Shown here: piece after piece, positions 44,665 to 54,477 of the stretch | How the letters are laid out: each line of letters starts with the position of its first letter | Numbering within the stretch: the first letter of the stretch is position 1 | Source: a virus | Lineage: Duplodnaviria; Caudoviricetes | Strand: one strand, 5' to 3' | IMG/VR virus record: IMGVR_UViG_3300028638_000411 | Location: 1 to 56,473 of that record | Length of the DNA stretch: 56,473 bases | The notes under the pieces: generated by a model | Databases searched by the model: none | What the model was told of the DNA's origin: nothing | The model's input: only the letters and a program-made list of their open reading frames with translations | Translations under genes and position numbers: made by a program

Positions 44665-45051
44665 TTGACAATTGAAGAAGCCATTTATCATAGGATTAGC
44701 ACCGAAGCAACCACCCTCGGCGGTCGGGTTTATCCGGTCACCATTGAACAGGGATGTTCACTTCCTGCCATCGCCTATAAGCGCATCAGCACCCGTCGCG
44801 ACCCAACGCTCACCACTCAGGGCGGCCGGTTCGTTTCAGTCCAGTTTGACATCATCGCAGCCGACTACACGACAATGAGACAAACACGAGACACGGTGCG
44901 CGCAGTATTTGAAGACATTATCGGACAGTATGCGCCTGGTGCACCCTATATTCAAAGGGCCGACATTATGAACGAAATGGACGGCTTTGACACCGGGACA
45001 GAAATGTCACTTGGAGTCCTGGAAATTGAATTTTACTATACTGACCTTTAA
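44665..45051 (+). CDS. Tail completion protein (DUF3168-like)
   Basis: RVYP...LPAI.Y..IS..VQFDI. Confidence 0.75.
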   Translation: MTIEEAIYHRISTEATTLGGRVYPVTIEQGCSLPAIAYKRISTRRDPTLTTQGGRFVSVQFDIIAADYTTMRQTRDTVRAVFEDIIGQYAPGAPYIQRADIMNEMDGFDTGTEMSLGVLEIEFYYTDL

Positions 45052-45066
45052 GGAGGAAAACTCACT

Positions 45067-45774
45067 ATGGCATCAATGGCTAAAGCCGGCAATACCACCA
45101 CGTTAAAAATAGGCGCGACGACCATCGGTGAAGTCAAGAAGATCTCACCACTTGGATCTAAACGCGATGAGATCGACGTCACCACCCTATCAAGCGCGGC
45201 TAAAGAATTTATCCTGGGGCTCAAAGACTATGGCTCTGTTACCGTCACCATCAACTGGTATCCGGGAGATGCAGGTCAAACTGCAGTGAGGACGGCCTTC
45301 ACGAATCAAACCACGGATCTTTATACCATTACCTTCCCTACGGCTCTTGGAGCAACCTATACCTTCTATGCGCTTGTCATGGAACTTCCTGGCCCAGAGG
45401 TCGGTAACGAGGTTCTGGAATCCGAGATCGTCCTACGCGTTACAGGTGAGGCGAACCTAGGAACCACAGCTTCAGGTGGTATAACAGCCCTTGCACTCTC
45501 AGGCGGTTCACCAGCACCGACCTTTGCGACCTCAACACTGAACTACTACGTCACCTGGACGAGCACGACTTCAACGACGATTACGGTCACTGCAGCTTCC
45601 CATAGTATAGACCTTTACGTTGATGGCGTGTACTTCCAGGCCCTCACCTCAGGCGTGGCATCAAACGCGATTTCCTCTTATGCGGCCCAATCCTCTAAAA
45701 AGCTGGAAGTCATCGTCTATGAGGTTGGCAAGACACCAAAGGTCTATACCATCGTTACCGCTAGAACAACATAA
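45067..45774 (+). CDS. Major tail tube protein with C-terminal Ig/cadherin-like domain
   Basis: IDVTTL....KEFI.GLKD.G; C-terminal P.F....Y..Y.I pattern. Confidence 0.82.
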   Translation: MASMAKAGNTTTLKIGATTIGEVKKISPLGSKRDEIDVTTLSSAAKEFILGLKDYGSVTVTINWYPGDAGQTAVRTAFTNQTTDLYTITFPTALGATYTFYALVMELPGPEVGNEVLESEIVLRVTGEANLGTTASGGITALALSGGSPAPTFATSTLNYYVTWTSTTSTTITVTAASHSIDLYVDGVYFQALTSGVASNAISSYAAQSSKKLEVIVYEVGKTPKVYTIVTARTT

Positions 45775-45829
45775 GAACGAATGGGTGATTTTCTATTTCG
45801 CCCATTTTCTATTATAGGAGGATTGAATC

Positions 45830-46135
45830 ATGGCAAGACAATTTACACCGATCAAACTGGATAAAACGAGAAATCTGAGATTTGGGATGCGCGCGATTGC
45901 ATTAATTGAGGATACCCTAGGCGTTAAAATATCAAAACTTGATCTTGGCGATATTGGCGTCAAAGATCTTGCTGTGTTTATCTGGGCGGGACTCGCCCAT
46001 GAGGACAAAAGCCTCACCTGTGAGGACGTCATGGACTTAATCGACGAACACCTCAGCATCCAGGAGGCAAGTGAGATCTTAGGAAAAGCCGTAGAAGCAT
46101 CCTTCGGGGTCGGGGCAAACTCAAAAAACGAATAA
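45830..46135 (+). CDS. Tail assembly chaperone (gpG-like)
   Basis: Follows the tube gene; ends with slippery A AAA AAC (46123-46129). Confidence 0.8.
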   Translation: MARQFTPIKLDKTRNLRFGMRAIALIEDTLGVKISKLDLGDIGVKDLAVFIWAGLAHEDKSLTCEDVMDLIDEHLSIQEASEILGKAVEASFGVGANSKNE

Positions 46136-46470
46136 ACGGCGGCGAGGAACCACTTGATCTTGATTATGATCAGTTATTGATAAGCGCCGCCGAAATTGGT
46201 CTTAAGCCAAGTGAATTCTGGGAGATTACACCCGCTGAACTTTACGTCTTTAGCGCGGGATTCATCGAACGCGAAAAAGAAAACTATCGCCGAACCATTT
46301 ATGGGGCCTATTTAATCGCGCGCCTTGGCAGAGTCAAAGACTTTCCAGAGCTGAGTAGCCTACTTGAGCCGATTGACGGAGACCACCAGCAGGAGTTAAA
46401 ACGTGAACAGTCCGCCGAGGAGATGTTTGAAATTATTAAAAGCTTTGATGCCGATATGAGAAGGGGGTGA
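46123..46470 (+). CDS. Tail chaperone -1 frameshift extension (gpGT-like)
   Basis: The -1 frame from 46123 is open and in frame with ORF 46177-46470 (GLKPSEFWEITPAE). Confidence 0.75.
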   Translation, partial: KKRINGGEEPLDLDYDQLLISAAEIGLKPSEFWEITPAELYVFSAGFIEREKENYRRTIYGAYLIARLGRVKDFPELSSLLEPIDGDHQQELKREQSAEEMFEIIKSFDADMRRG

Positions 46471-46476
46471 TGAGGC

Positions 46477-46941
46477 ATGATGCATAGAGTAGAGATCAAA
46501 GGACTACGAGAAATGAAAAAGGCCTTTGAGCGCGTGGGTAAAGAAGCTCTTAAAGAATTTGAGACCGCCTCACTTGAAATCGGGAAGGTTGTACTCACGG
46601 GTGCCCGCGCTCTCGCCCCTGGACCAACTGGCAGAAAAAGTGGTAAATGGGCACATTCACCCGGAAACCTCAAGGAAAAAATCCGACTCAAGAAACCCAC
46701 TGAAAAAGATAAAAATAAAGCTAGAGTCTACACAACAGTTGGATTCGGTGCAGGCGCTGCCTACGGTGTTCCCGTAGAACTCGGTCACAAAATTAAAATT
46801 AACGGTAAAGTCGTGGGTTATGTCGGGCCGAAGCCCGGCGGAACAGGTTTCTTAAGGCCTGCCGCTGACCGAAATAAAAGGCTAGCTCATGAGCGTTTCG
46901 AACAGGCCCTCAAGACATCACTCGATCAGTGGGTCAAATAG
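46477..46941 (+). CDS. HK97 gp10-like tail component
   Basis: VEIKGL.E...A..LAP...G.LK..I...Y...VELGH...FLRPA. Confidence 0.75.
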   Translation: MMHRVEIKGLREMKKAFERVGKEALKEFETASLEIGKVVLTGARALAPGPTGRKSGKWAHSPGNLKEKIRLKKPTEKDKNKARVYTTVGFGAGAAYGVPVELGHKIKINGKVVGYVGPKPGGTGFLRPAADRNKRLAHERFEQALKTSLDQWVK

Positions 46942-46953
46942 GAGGGCGATTTT

Positions 46954-49905
46954 ATGGCATGGATAAGAACCCTCACTGTCGGAATCGGAGTCGACCTTTC
47001 GAAGCTGGAATCCGGCCTTAGAAAAGCATCAAAAGAACTCGCCCGCGCCGGTGACCAGATCTCTTCACTTGGCAGCAAATTGACCATGGGTCTCACCGTT
47101 CCCATTGCTGGGGCTGCGGCTGCTGCGATCAAATATGCCTCTGATATGGAGGAATCCACGAATAAGGTCAATGTCGCCTTTGGCAGCAGTGCCGACCAGG
47201 TGAAAAAATGGTCGCAAACGACCCTTGAAAGTATTGGTGTCTCTAGGGGCAGCGCTCTAGAGATGGCCTCTCTTTTTGGTGATATGGCAACGGGTATGAA
47301 ACTCCCGCAGGACGAGGCTGCGAAGATGTCGATGTCCCTCGTGCAGCTCGCGGGAGATCTTTCTTCTTTTAAAAATATCGGAATCGATCAGTCGATGACC
47401 GCGCTCAAAGGCATTTTTACAGGAGAATCGGAATCCCTAAAGACCTTAGGGATTGTTATGACCGAAGCCACCCTTAACGCCTATGCCCTTGAACAAGGTA
47501 TAGGTAAGACCACCAAGCAGATGACTGAAGCTGAAAAGGTTCAGCTCCGATACATGTATGTGACGGACCGGACCTCTAATGCACAAGGGGACTTTGCTAG
47601 AACGAGTGGTGGTACAGCCAACCAACTCCGGACCATGAAAGGCGCACTTCAGGATGCGGCGGCTGCCTTCGGGGAAAATCTTCTGCCGGTTCTCACACCC
47701 GTCTTAAAACGCGTTACTGAACTTTTGATCGCGTTTGGGAGTCTGAGCGAAGGATCAAAAAACACGATCCTCGTTGCGCTGGCCCTAGCGGTGGCAATTG
47801 GGCCACTGACCTCGATTATCGGGGGACTGACAGGCGCGGTCGGTCTTGTCCTTGGTCATTTTGCGAAATTCATCAAGGTCATTCGAACCGGTGGTGGACT
47901 CATACATGCGCTGACTGCCCTCATTGGTCCAGCAGGACTCGCCATCGTTGTGATCACGACTATCGCAGGTCTAGCCTATCTCGTCTATAAGAACTGGAAA
48001 ACCATTGCGCCATTTTTTGAAGGACTCTGGCGAGTCATCAAGGGTGCCTTTTCAACCGGCGCAAATGCCATCGTCTTTGCAGTGTCCTGGGCAAAGACCC
48101 AGGCAATTAAGAGTTTTGTCACGCTTTCATCGAGTGCACTGAATACTCTAAAATCCATCGTCGATGCAGCAGCAAAACTGCCCGGCAAGGTCGGAGAAAC
48201 CGCAAAAAGCATCTCCACTGGCATCTCAAGCATTCAGCGCACCATGAGCGGATGGGTGGATAGTGCCGAGGCCGGTACAAAAGCCGTCTCAGCTACCCTT
48301 GCAGGCGCTGCTGAAGAAACGGTAGCGGGTTATAAGCAATTGACAGCTGCAGGATCCGACTTTGTCGAGAACGTCGGAGGATCCATCAAAGAGACCATCG
48401 GAAACGTTAAAGGCACCATTTCAGAACTACTTGGCAAAACCAAGAGCGAGACTGTTAGTACGATGGACGACACCGCCAACATGGTCGAATCCTACGAACC
48501 ACAGTTTGAAAATGCCGGGACAGAGCTTGGTAAAGCTGCCGGTGGAAGTATTGGTTCTGCATTAAAGGAAAAGGTCAGTCAGGCCATTTCTGAAGCCACG
48601 CAGCGTATGGCGGGCGCCTGGACCGCCATGAGGTCTGATGCCGTTAGCGCTATCGACCGATTAAATGATGCTGTCATATCGGCCCTTCGAAGGCGCTATG
48701 AAAATGAGCAGCGCGAACAGGAAAGAGCCCTTGAAAAACAAGCAAAGGCAGCTGACCGGTGGAAGGACGACGAAATCAGGCGTATCGATGAGGTTTATAG
48801 TGCGAAACTTAAACTCTTTGATGCTGAAACAGCTGAAAGAATTGGACTGATCCAGAATCAAATTGATCTCATTGATAGCCAAATCGACGCTGAAGCGAAA
48901 GCCAAGACTGATCGCGAAGAGTTAGCTCGAATCGAAGGCTATCGCCTGGAGCTGGCCGCAGCAGATTCGGCTGAGGAACGCAAGCGCATTCAAAAGGAAC
49001 TTGATGACGCTCTCCTTGCACGGTCAGAACGACTCCACAAAGAAGAACTCGATGCCCAGAAGGAAGCTCTCCGGATGCAGATTGAGACAATTAAAGTGGC
49101 TGCAGAAGAACAGCGCGAAGTAATCGTTTCCAGCCAGGAAGCTGAGCTCGCCGTTGTCCAGTCAACCTATGACCTAAAAATGGCCTCGCTACAGGCGACT
49201 GAAGATGATGTTAAAGCCCACTACGAGAGGCTTCTTAGTTCAGCAGAGCTGCAGGGTGAAGCCGAACGACTTATCATGGTAAATAATCAAGAAGAAATGA
49301 CTGAGCTTCTAAAGTCCTATGGTAGCATGTATGAGGACAGTGGATTAAGCCTTGGTGAGAGGTTTTTCCAGGGCTTCACGAAGTATACAGACATGATTCC
49401 GGGGATCATCGAGGGGGCGTCCAGAGGCCTTATAAGTAAGGATGCCATCGTTAGAGGTGTTGCCGACACCGTTATAATGGATACCAGAGCCCTTGATGAC
49501 ATCGTGATGAAAGCTAAGGCCGATTATGTCGCAGCGCAAGCCATCGGAGATACTTCAGGCATGGAAGCTGCAGCGGCTGCGGCAAAAGCAGCAAGAGATG
49601 CTGGTGCGCTCATTCAAAACGTCTCAACCGAAACCGCTAGAGAAATCTATAAGTCTCTGTATGGCGAGCTTCCGGCTTATGCTTCTGGTGGCATCGTAAG
49701 ACGACCAACCCTTGGACTCATCGGTGAGTCCGGGGCTGAGGCGATTATTCCACTTGAGCGACTTGAGCGACTCCAAATGGCGGGAGGGCCAGGTATTGCC
49801 ATTAACTTCTACGCACCCGTATATGGCCTTCTCGATTTTGAACAGCAGGTGAAATCCATCGTCAAAGAAGCGGCGGTCAACGGCGCATTCCGGGGGGTTC
49901 TTTAG
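46954..49905 (+). CDS. Tape measure protein
   Basis: Ala-rich helical protein with a hydrophobic middle and coiled coil; C-terminal YASGGIV..PT..IGE.GAEAIIPL. Confidence 0.92.
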   Translation: MAWIRTLTVGIGVDLSKLESGLRKASKELARAGDQISSLGSKLTMGLTVPIAGAAAAAIKYASDMEESTNKVNVAFGSSADQVKKWSQTTLESIGVSRGSALEMASLFGDMATGMKLPQDEAAKMSMSLVQLAGDLSSFKNIGIDQSMTALKGIFTGESESLKTLGIVMTEATLNAYALEQGIGKTTKQMTEAEKVQLRYMYVTDRTSNAQGDFARTSGGTANQLRTMKGALQDAAAAFGENLLPVLTPVLKRVTELLIAFGSLSEGSKNTILVALALAVAIGPLTSIIGGLTGAVGLVLGHFAKFIKVIRTGGGLIHALTALIGPAGLAIVVITTIAGLAYLVYKNWKTIAPFFEGLWRVIKGAFSTGANAIVFAVSWAKTQAIKSFVTLSSSALNTLKSIVDAAAKLPGKVGETAKSISTGISSIQRTMSGWVDSAEAGTKAVSATLAGAAEETVAGYKQLTAAGSDFVENVGGSIKETIGNVKGTISELLGKTKSETVSTMDDTANMVESYEPQFENAGTELGKAAGGSIGSALKEKVSQAISEATQRMAGAWTAMRSDAVSAIDRLNDAVISALRRRYENEQREQERALEKQAKAADRWKDDEIRRIDEVYSAKLKLFDAETAERIGLIQNQIDLIDSQIDAEAKAKTDREELARIEGYRLELAAADSAEERKRIQKELDDALLARSERLHKEELDAQKEALRMQIETIKVAAEEQREVIVSSQEAELAVVQSTYDLKMASLQATEDDVKAHYERLLSSAELQGEAERLIMVNNQEEMTELLKSYGSMYEDSGLSLGERFFQGFTKYTDMIPGIIEGASRGLISKDAIVRGVADTVIMDTRALDDIVMKAKADYVAAQAIGDTSGMEAAAAAAKAARDAGALIQNVSTETAREIYKSLYGELPAYASGGIVRRPTLGLIGESGAEAIIPLERLERLQMAGGPGIAINFYAPVYGLLDFEQQVKSIVKEAAVNGAFRGVL

Positions 49906-51405
49906 ATGGCTACGGCAACTTATATTCTGGAGATCGACTGGAATAACGATGGAGATTATGGCGATGCTTATGAGAATGTGACGGCCAATACTGTCTCGGT
50001 CGAAACCAGACGTGGACGTGACTATGCCAGTCAGCTCACCGGACGGGCATCTCCTGGGCGACTGGCGGCGGTCCTTAAAAATCCAAATGGACTTTATTCA
50101 TCCTATAACGCCTCCAGTCCGCTGTACGGATTGATACTACCCGGTCGTAAGGTCAGGTTACGAACGACCTCACCACTTTCCGTTACGCTATGGACTGGAC
50201 TTCTAACACGCATCATTCCGGCGGGAACCATCGACGGGATCCCCATCGTTCAGCTTGAAGCCACCGGCACCATGTCTCGACTTCCGGGTAAGAAAATCAC
50301 CGTAGCAAAGCAAACTGATCAATATACCGGAGCACTCATTAGTGCTGTTCTCGATGATGTCGGTTGGCCGCCCGGTGAAAGGGCCATCGACACAGGTCAG
50401 ATAATGGTGGACCTTTGGTTTGAAGCAGATATCGATGCCCTTTCAGCGATTCGCAACATAGAGGACACTGAGCTTGGTTTTGTCTATGAATCCACTGAAG
50501 GGTACCTCGTCTTTGAAGACAATAACCATCGGCTGACAGGTGCTCATTTAACGAGTCAGCAGACTTATTCTGACGATCCATCAGCCCAAATGTCTTATAA
50601 CGCTATCGAGCAGACGGATCCCATTGAGGATATATATAACGAACTCATCGTCGATGTTCAGAACTACACAACAGCTGTGTCATCGTCGGTCCTCTGGACG
50701 CTGCCAAATGAGCAGCCGACTATCGCACCGGGCGTCACGCTTACCCTTTGGGCAGAATATCCGAACGCCTCTGTAGACTCTGAGATTGGTGCTCTTGTCA
50801 GCGTTTGGGACACCCCGGTCGTTGGGACGGACATCACCCAGACAGGTGTCAGTAGTACCGACATTACAGTCACTGCGACGAAGTTTTCAAATTCAATGAA
50901 ACTGGCCATCACCAATAACGGTTCTGCGGCGGCGACCATGACCCTAATCCGGGCCAGGGGCATCAAGGTCACAAAAAATGCGATCATTAGGATCTCGGCA
51001 GAAGACTCGACGAGTGCGAGTAAGTATGGGAAAAGAACCTTTCAACTGCCTTCAAAATGGCTTCAGTCGACCAACGTCGCCAAAGACTATGCGGACTTCC
51101 TCGTCAGCCGGTACAAGGACCCAACGCCTCGTCTCATGATCCGCTATATTGCTAACAAAGATGCAATATCGTTAGCGGATGCCCTTTCCCGTGAGATCTC
51201 GGACCGCGTGACCGTCGTCGCAACCGGTGCTAAGACCAAACTTGGGATCGAGATCGACTTTTATGTCGAGTCGATCGCTCATAAGATCCGGGATGGCGGG
51301 CAGATTCATGAAGTGGAGCTAACTCTATTTGACTGCCTCACGGACGGCGATTACTGGCTGCTTGGCACAAGTGAACTTGGGATTGGCACCCGGCTATCTT
51401 ACTAA
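49906..51405 (+). CDS. Minor tail / baseplate hub protein
   Basis: Directly after the tape measure gene; RRGRD, S..KYG.R patterns. Confidence 0.65.
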   Translation: MATATYILEIDWNNDGDYGDAYENVTANTVSVETRRGRDYASQLTGRASPGRLAAVLKNPNGLYSSYNASSPLYGLILPGRKVRLRTTSPLSVTLWTGLLTRIIPAGTIDGIPIVQLEATGTMSRLPGKKITVAKQTDQYTGALISAVLDDVGWPPGERAIDTGQIMVDLWFEADIDALSAIRNIEDTELGFVYESTEGYLVFEDNNHRLTGAHLTSQQTYSDDPSAQMSYNAIEQTDPIEDIYNELIVDVQNYTTAVSSSVLWTLPNEQPTIAPGVTLTLWAEYPNASVDSEIGALVSVWDTPVVGTDITQTGVSSTDITVTATKFSNSMKLAITNNGSAAATMTLIRARGIKVTKNAIIRISAEDSTSASKYGKRTFQLPSKWLQSTNVAKDYADFLVSRYKDPTPRLMIRYIANKDAISLADALSREISDRVTVVATGAKTKLGIEIDFYVESIAHKIRDGGQIHEVELTLFDCLTDGDYWLLGTSELGIGTRLSY

Positions 51406-51416
51406 AGAGGTGACAT

Positions 51417-51803
51417 ATGAAAAAATCAAAAGAGATTATTGGGGGCACCCCCACTGAATTTGCCCGAATTATCACTAAAAAACTTGGAAAGCATATCATC
51501 TACGAGATTTCTGGGGAGAACCTTGAGGCAGAAATTAATCATGGCAGGTGGATCGTCAGGTGCCCATATTGCAGTGGTGCAGAAATTGCGGAATCTGAGG
51601 ACCCGGTGTTTATGTGTCTATCCTGCTTTAATGAAAAAAACGGTGGCCGCTTTAGACCGGTCAAGTTTCCGGTAGATCTTGAGAGTATTGAAGCTGAGCT
51701 CAAGAGCCGTAAGAATGAGAACCATCAGAACTGGATCACAGGAGAGAGCCTAGAAGACCTTAAAGGTGAGACCAGAGTAAAGGAGTCTGATCAAAATGGC
51801 TAA
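51417..51803 (+). CDS. Hypothetical zinc-finger protein
   Basis: GRWIVRCPYC...FMCLSC; GAGGTG RBS. Confidence 0.65.
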   Translation: MKKSKEIIGGTPTEFARIITKKLGKHIIYEISGENLEAEINHGRWIVRCPYCSGAEIAESEDPVFMCLSCFNEKNGGRFRPVKFPVDLESIEAELKSRKNENHQNWITGESLEDLKGETRVKESDQNG

Positions 51804-51999
51804 ATGTAGTTTATCCGTAAAACTCACAGAAATTGAGCCATTTAGAAGCCTCATCCTGGACTTAGACCAAATGATCAGAAGCTATAACCGAGAAGAAAAC
51901 TACAGTCTAGGCTATATGGCCATCGCAGCGCGCTTTATGAAGTTTAAAGATGACATTATGAATGAAAAAACAGTTAGTGAAAGCTCTGGTGATCACTAA
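51796..51999 (+). CDS. Hypothetical protein
   Basis: AAGGAG RBS; overlaps both neighbours. Confidence 0.55.
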   Translation: MAKCSLSVKLTEIEPFRSLILDLDQMIRSYNREENYSLGYMAIAARFMKFKDDIMNEKTVSESSGDH

Positions 52000-53624
52000 T
52001 GGCCTGGACGACCCCAAGAACATGGACCACCGGTGAAATTGTCACCGCTGCCTACATGAACACCCACGTCAGAGACAACTTACTTGAGACATCACCTGCT
52101 AAAATCACTACCACAGGAGATCTTATTGTTGGTAGCGGTATTAACGCGCTTAAGCGTCTTGGTATTGGATCTGCCTATAGCGTGCTCTCAGTCAACGCAG
52201 GTGGGACAGACGCGGCCTGGTCAAACCCTCATTTAAACGACTATACCAACCATCTACCTTACGCAGCCACAGGTGGAACAACAACAGCATACACGGTGAC
52301 GCTTTCCCCTGCCCCAGCCTCTATGGCTGAGGGCTTTGGCATTTCGATCAAAATACACTCAACCAACACTGGGAGCGCCACCCTTAACGTGAATAGCCTT
52401 GGGGCAAAAACCCTTAAAACACATGTGGGTAACACATATGCCTCCGGAGAGCTCGTCGCGGGCCGGATCTATACATTTCGCTACAATGGTACGGATTTTT
52501 TGGCAGATAGCGCTGGCGGAATGGACTCCTTCTTTGGAGATGGTTCTGACGGCGCGCTTAATACTGCTGGGAACGTGACGCTAAATGTGACGCAGAACTC
52601 CGGGATAGCTATTAAACAGTACACCTCTGTAACGATCAATGCCGGTCACACCTTAACCACTGATTATGAATGCCGAGGGCTAATCATCTACTGTACAGGT
52701 AACTTCACCATAAGCGGAACCATCGATATGAGTCAAAAGGGATGCTATTTTCTTTCTGGCCAAACACAGCCTCTTTTGATTACGAAAAAGACAGGTGGTG
52801 GCGCTGACACCATCAACAGATACTATAAACTCTCAACGGTTCTCCAGGAATTAAAAGGAGGTAGTGGCGGCGCAGGGGGTTATGGCGGTGGGCACAATAC
52901 CTATGGTGGCAACTCATCTCCTGGCTCTGGATCTGCGGGTCGGGTGTACTACGGAGGGTCTGGCGGTGGTGGAGGTGGCGGCGGAGCATCTGGGAGCTCA
53001 TCCGGATCATCCACTTATTATGGTGGCTTTGGCGGCACACCCTCACCTGACCATCAATACGGCGGTCTATCCAGCATGACAATTCGACTTGATCTTAACG
53101 GGTGGCATAGTGATAACCTGCAGTACCCACCTGGTGGAGGCGGCGGTCGAGGTTCACTTAAGGCGAACTCGTCATCCGGTACGGTTGTGGTAGGGTATTC
53201 AAACACAGGCTATTGCTATGGCGGCGGAGGTGGCGGTGATGGCGGCGTCGGCGTGTCTGCCGCATCCTCCTACACCTATCCAGAGCCTGGTGGTAGTGGT
53301 CAAAAAACTGGTGGTCTTGTCATGATCATCGCTAAAGGCAATGTGACGATTAACTCCGGTGGATTTATTAAAGCCAATGGTGGAACTGGTGGCGCGGCTG
53401 GAAGTGGATATACCTATGCAGGTGGAGGCGGCGGTGGTGGTGGATCCGGTGGTGGAACTGTCGCGATCTTCCACGTTGGAACCTACACGAATAATGGCAC
53501 TGTTCAGGCGAGTGGCGGGACTGGTGGGGCTGGTGGTTCAGCCGGTTATACTGGATTTGCTACTGGTGGTAATGGATCGAGTGGTAACGCTGGCACAGTT
53601 CATATTCAACAAATCACTCTGTAA
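51999..53624 (+). CDS. Glycine-rich tail fibre / receptor-binding protein
   Basis: NTG.ATLNVN.LGAK module, FGDGSDG, long GGxGG repeats. Confidence 0.75.
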   Translation: MAWTTPRTWTTGEIVTAAYMNTHVRDNLLETSPAKITTTGDLIVGSGINALKRLGIGSAYSVLSVNAGGTDAAWSNPHLNDYTNHLPYAATGGTTTAYTVTLSPAPASMAEGFGISIKIHSTNTGSATLNVNSLGAKTLKTHVGNTYASGELVAGRIYTFRYNGTDFLADSAGGMDSFFGDGSDGALNTAGNVTLNVTQNSGIAIKQYTSVTINAGHTLTTDYECRGLIIYCTGNFTISGTIDMSQKGCYFLSGQTQPLLITKKTGGGADTINRYYKLSTVLQELKGGSGGAGGYGGGHNTYGGNSSPGSGSAGRVYYGGSGGGGGGGGASGSSSGSSTYYGGFGGTPSPDHQYGGLSSMTIRLDLNGWHSDNLQYPPGGGGGRGSLKANSSSGTVVVGYSNTGYCYGGGGGGDGGVGVSAASSYTYPEPGGSGQKTGGLVMIIAKGNVTINSGGFIKANGGTGGAAGSGYTYAGGGGGGGGSGGGTVAIFHVGTYTNNGTVQASGGTGGAGGSAGYTGFATGGNGSSGNAGTVHIQQITL

Positions 53625-53637
53625 AGGCGGTGGCAAT

Positions 53638-54048
53638 TTGAAGTTGATCTATATTTACAGTATGCATAACGAAGTGGAACGCGCTGCTTTAAATAGGCTG
53701 AGGGACGAACTTGGCATGTATATCGTAGGAGAATACGACTACCAAGAAGTAAAAGAAATAATCCCAATTAGAGCAACTCCTGCTTTCTTGATCCTCCGCG
53801 ATGATCTCCAGGGTGATGAACTTCTTGATGGTGATGTGCAGCTTAAGATCACCGCAGAAGCGATGAAGGCAATGGGTGAAGAAGATCTCAAAGTTCACCA
53901 GAAAGAAACAAACCGGTTAGATAGTTTTATTAATGGTGAAAAGATGAAAGCAGTCAATGCCTTTAAAACCGAAATAAAAGCTGACCTATCCCCCACTGCT
54001 ATCACTGCTTTACCCGAAGCCGTCAAAGTAAAGCTTGGTCTTGAATAG
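53638..54048 (+). CDS. Hypothetical protein (possible fibre chaperone)
   Basis: AAGGCGG RBS and TTG at 53638; upstream part of the ORF-track call overlaps the fibre gene. Confidence 0.6.
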   Translation: MKLIYIYSMHNEVERAALNRLRDELGMYIVGEYDYQEVKEIIPIRATPAFLILRDDLQGDELLDGDVQLKITAEAMKAMGEEDLKVHQKETNRLDSFINGEKMKAVNAFKTEIKADLSPTAITALPEAVKVKLGLE

Positions 54049-54057
54049 GAGGTATCT

Positions 54058-54477
54058 ATGAAAAATTTTCTTAATTCCATACAGCTCGTATTAACGGGTA
54101 TCGGAGGCTATCTTGGCTACGTTCTTGGCGGCTACGATGGCTTTATTTATGCCCTCATTGCCTTTGTTGTGTTCGACTATATCTCAGGGGTGATGGTCGC
54201 CATTCTTGAAAGGAAGTTATCTAGTGAAGTCGGTTTTCGCGGCATATTCAAGAAAATCTTAATCTTTTTCATTGTGGCGATTGCTAACATCCTGGACGTT
54301 TTTCTCATTAAAAACGGAAGTGTCATCCGCACAGCTGCGATCTTCTTTTACCTCTCCAATGAAGGTATTAGTATCCTTGAAAACTGCGTCAGGATTGGAC
54401 TGCCTGTACCGCAGAAACTAAAAGAGGTCCTTGAGCAGTTCTCAGAAAAAGGTGATGACGATGACGATGACGCCTAA
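54058..54477 (+). CDS. Phage holin (holin_4_1 type)
   Basis: DYISG...LSS.VG.RGI.KK; FY.SNEG.SILEN...G.PVP. Confidence 0.92.
   Translation: MKNFLNSIQLVLTGIGGYLGYVLGGYDGFIYALIAFVVFDYISGVMVAILERKLSSEVGFRGIFKKILIFFIVAIANILDVFLIKNGSVIRTAAIFFYLSNEGISILENCVRIGLPVPQKLKEVLEQFSEKGDDDDDDA

Noticed and set aside
39550-53624. Diversity-generating retroelement or invertible tail-fibre cassette
   Set aside because: No reverse transcriptase, no adenine-specific TR/VR pair and no inverted fibre cassettes were seen; the repeats are intragenic protein repeats.
53359-53637. N-terminal 93 aa of ORF 53359-54048
   Set aside because: Alternative frame of the Gly-rich fibre codons; the RBS supports a start at 53638.
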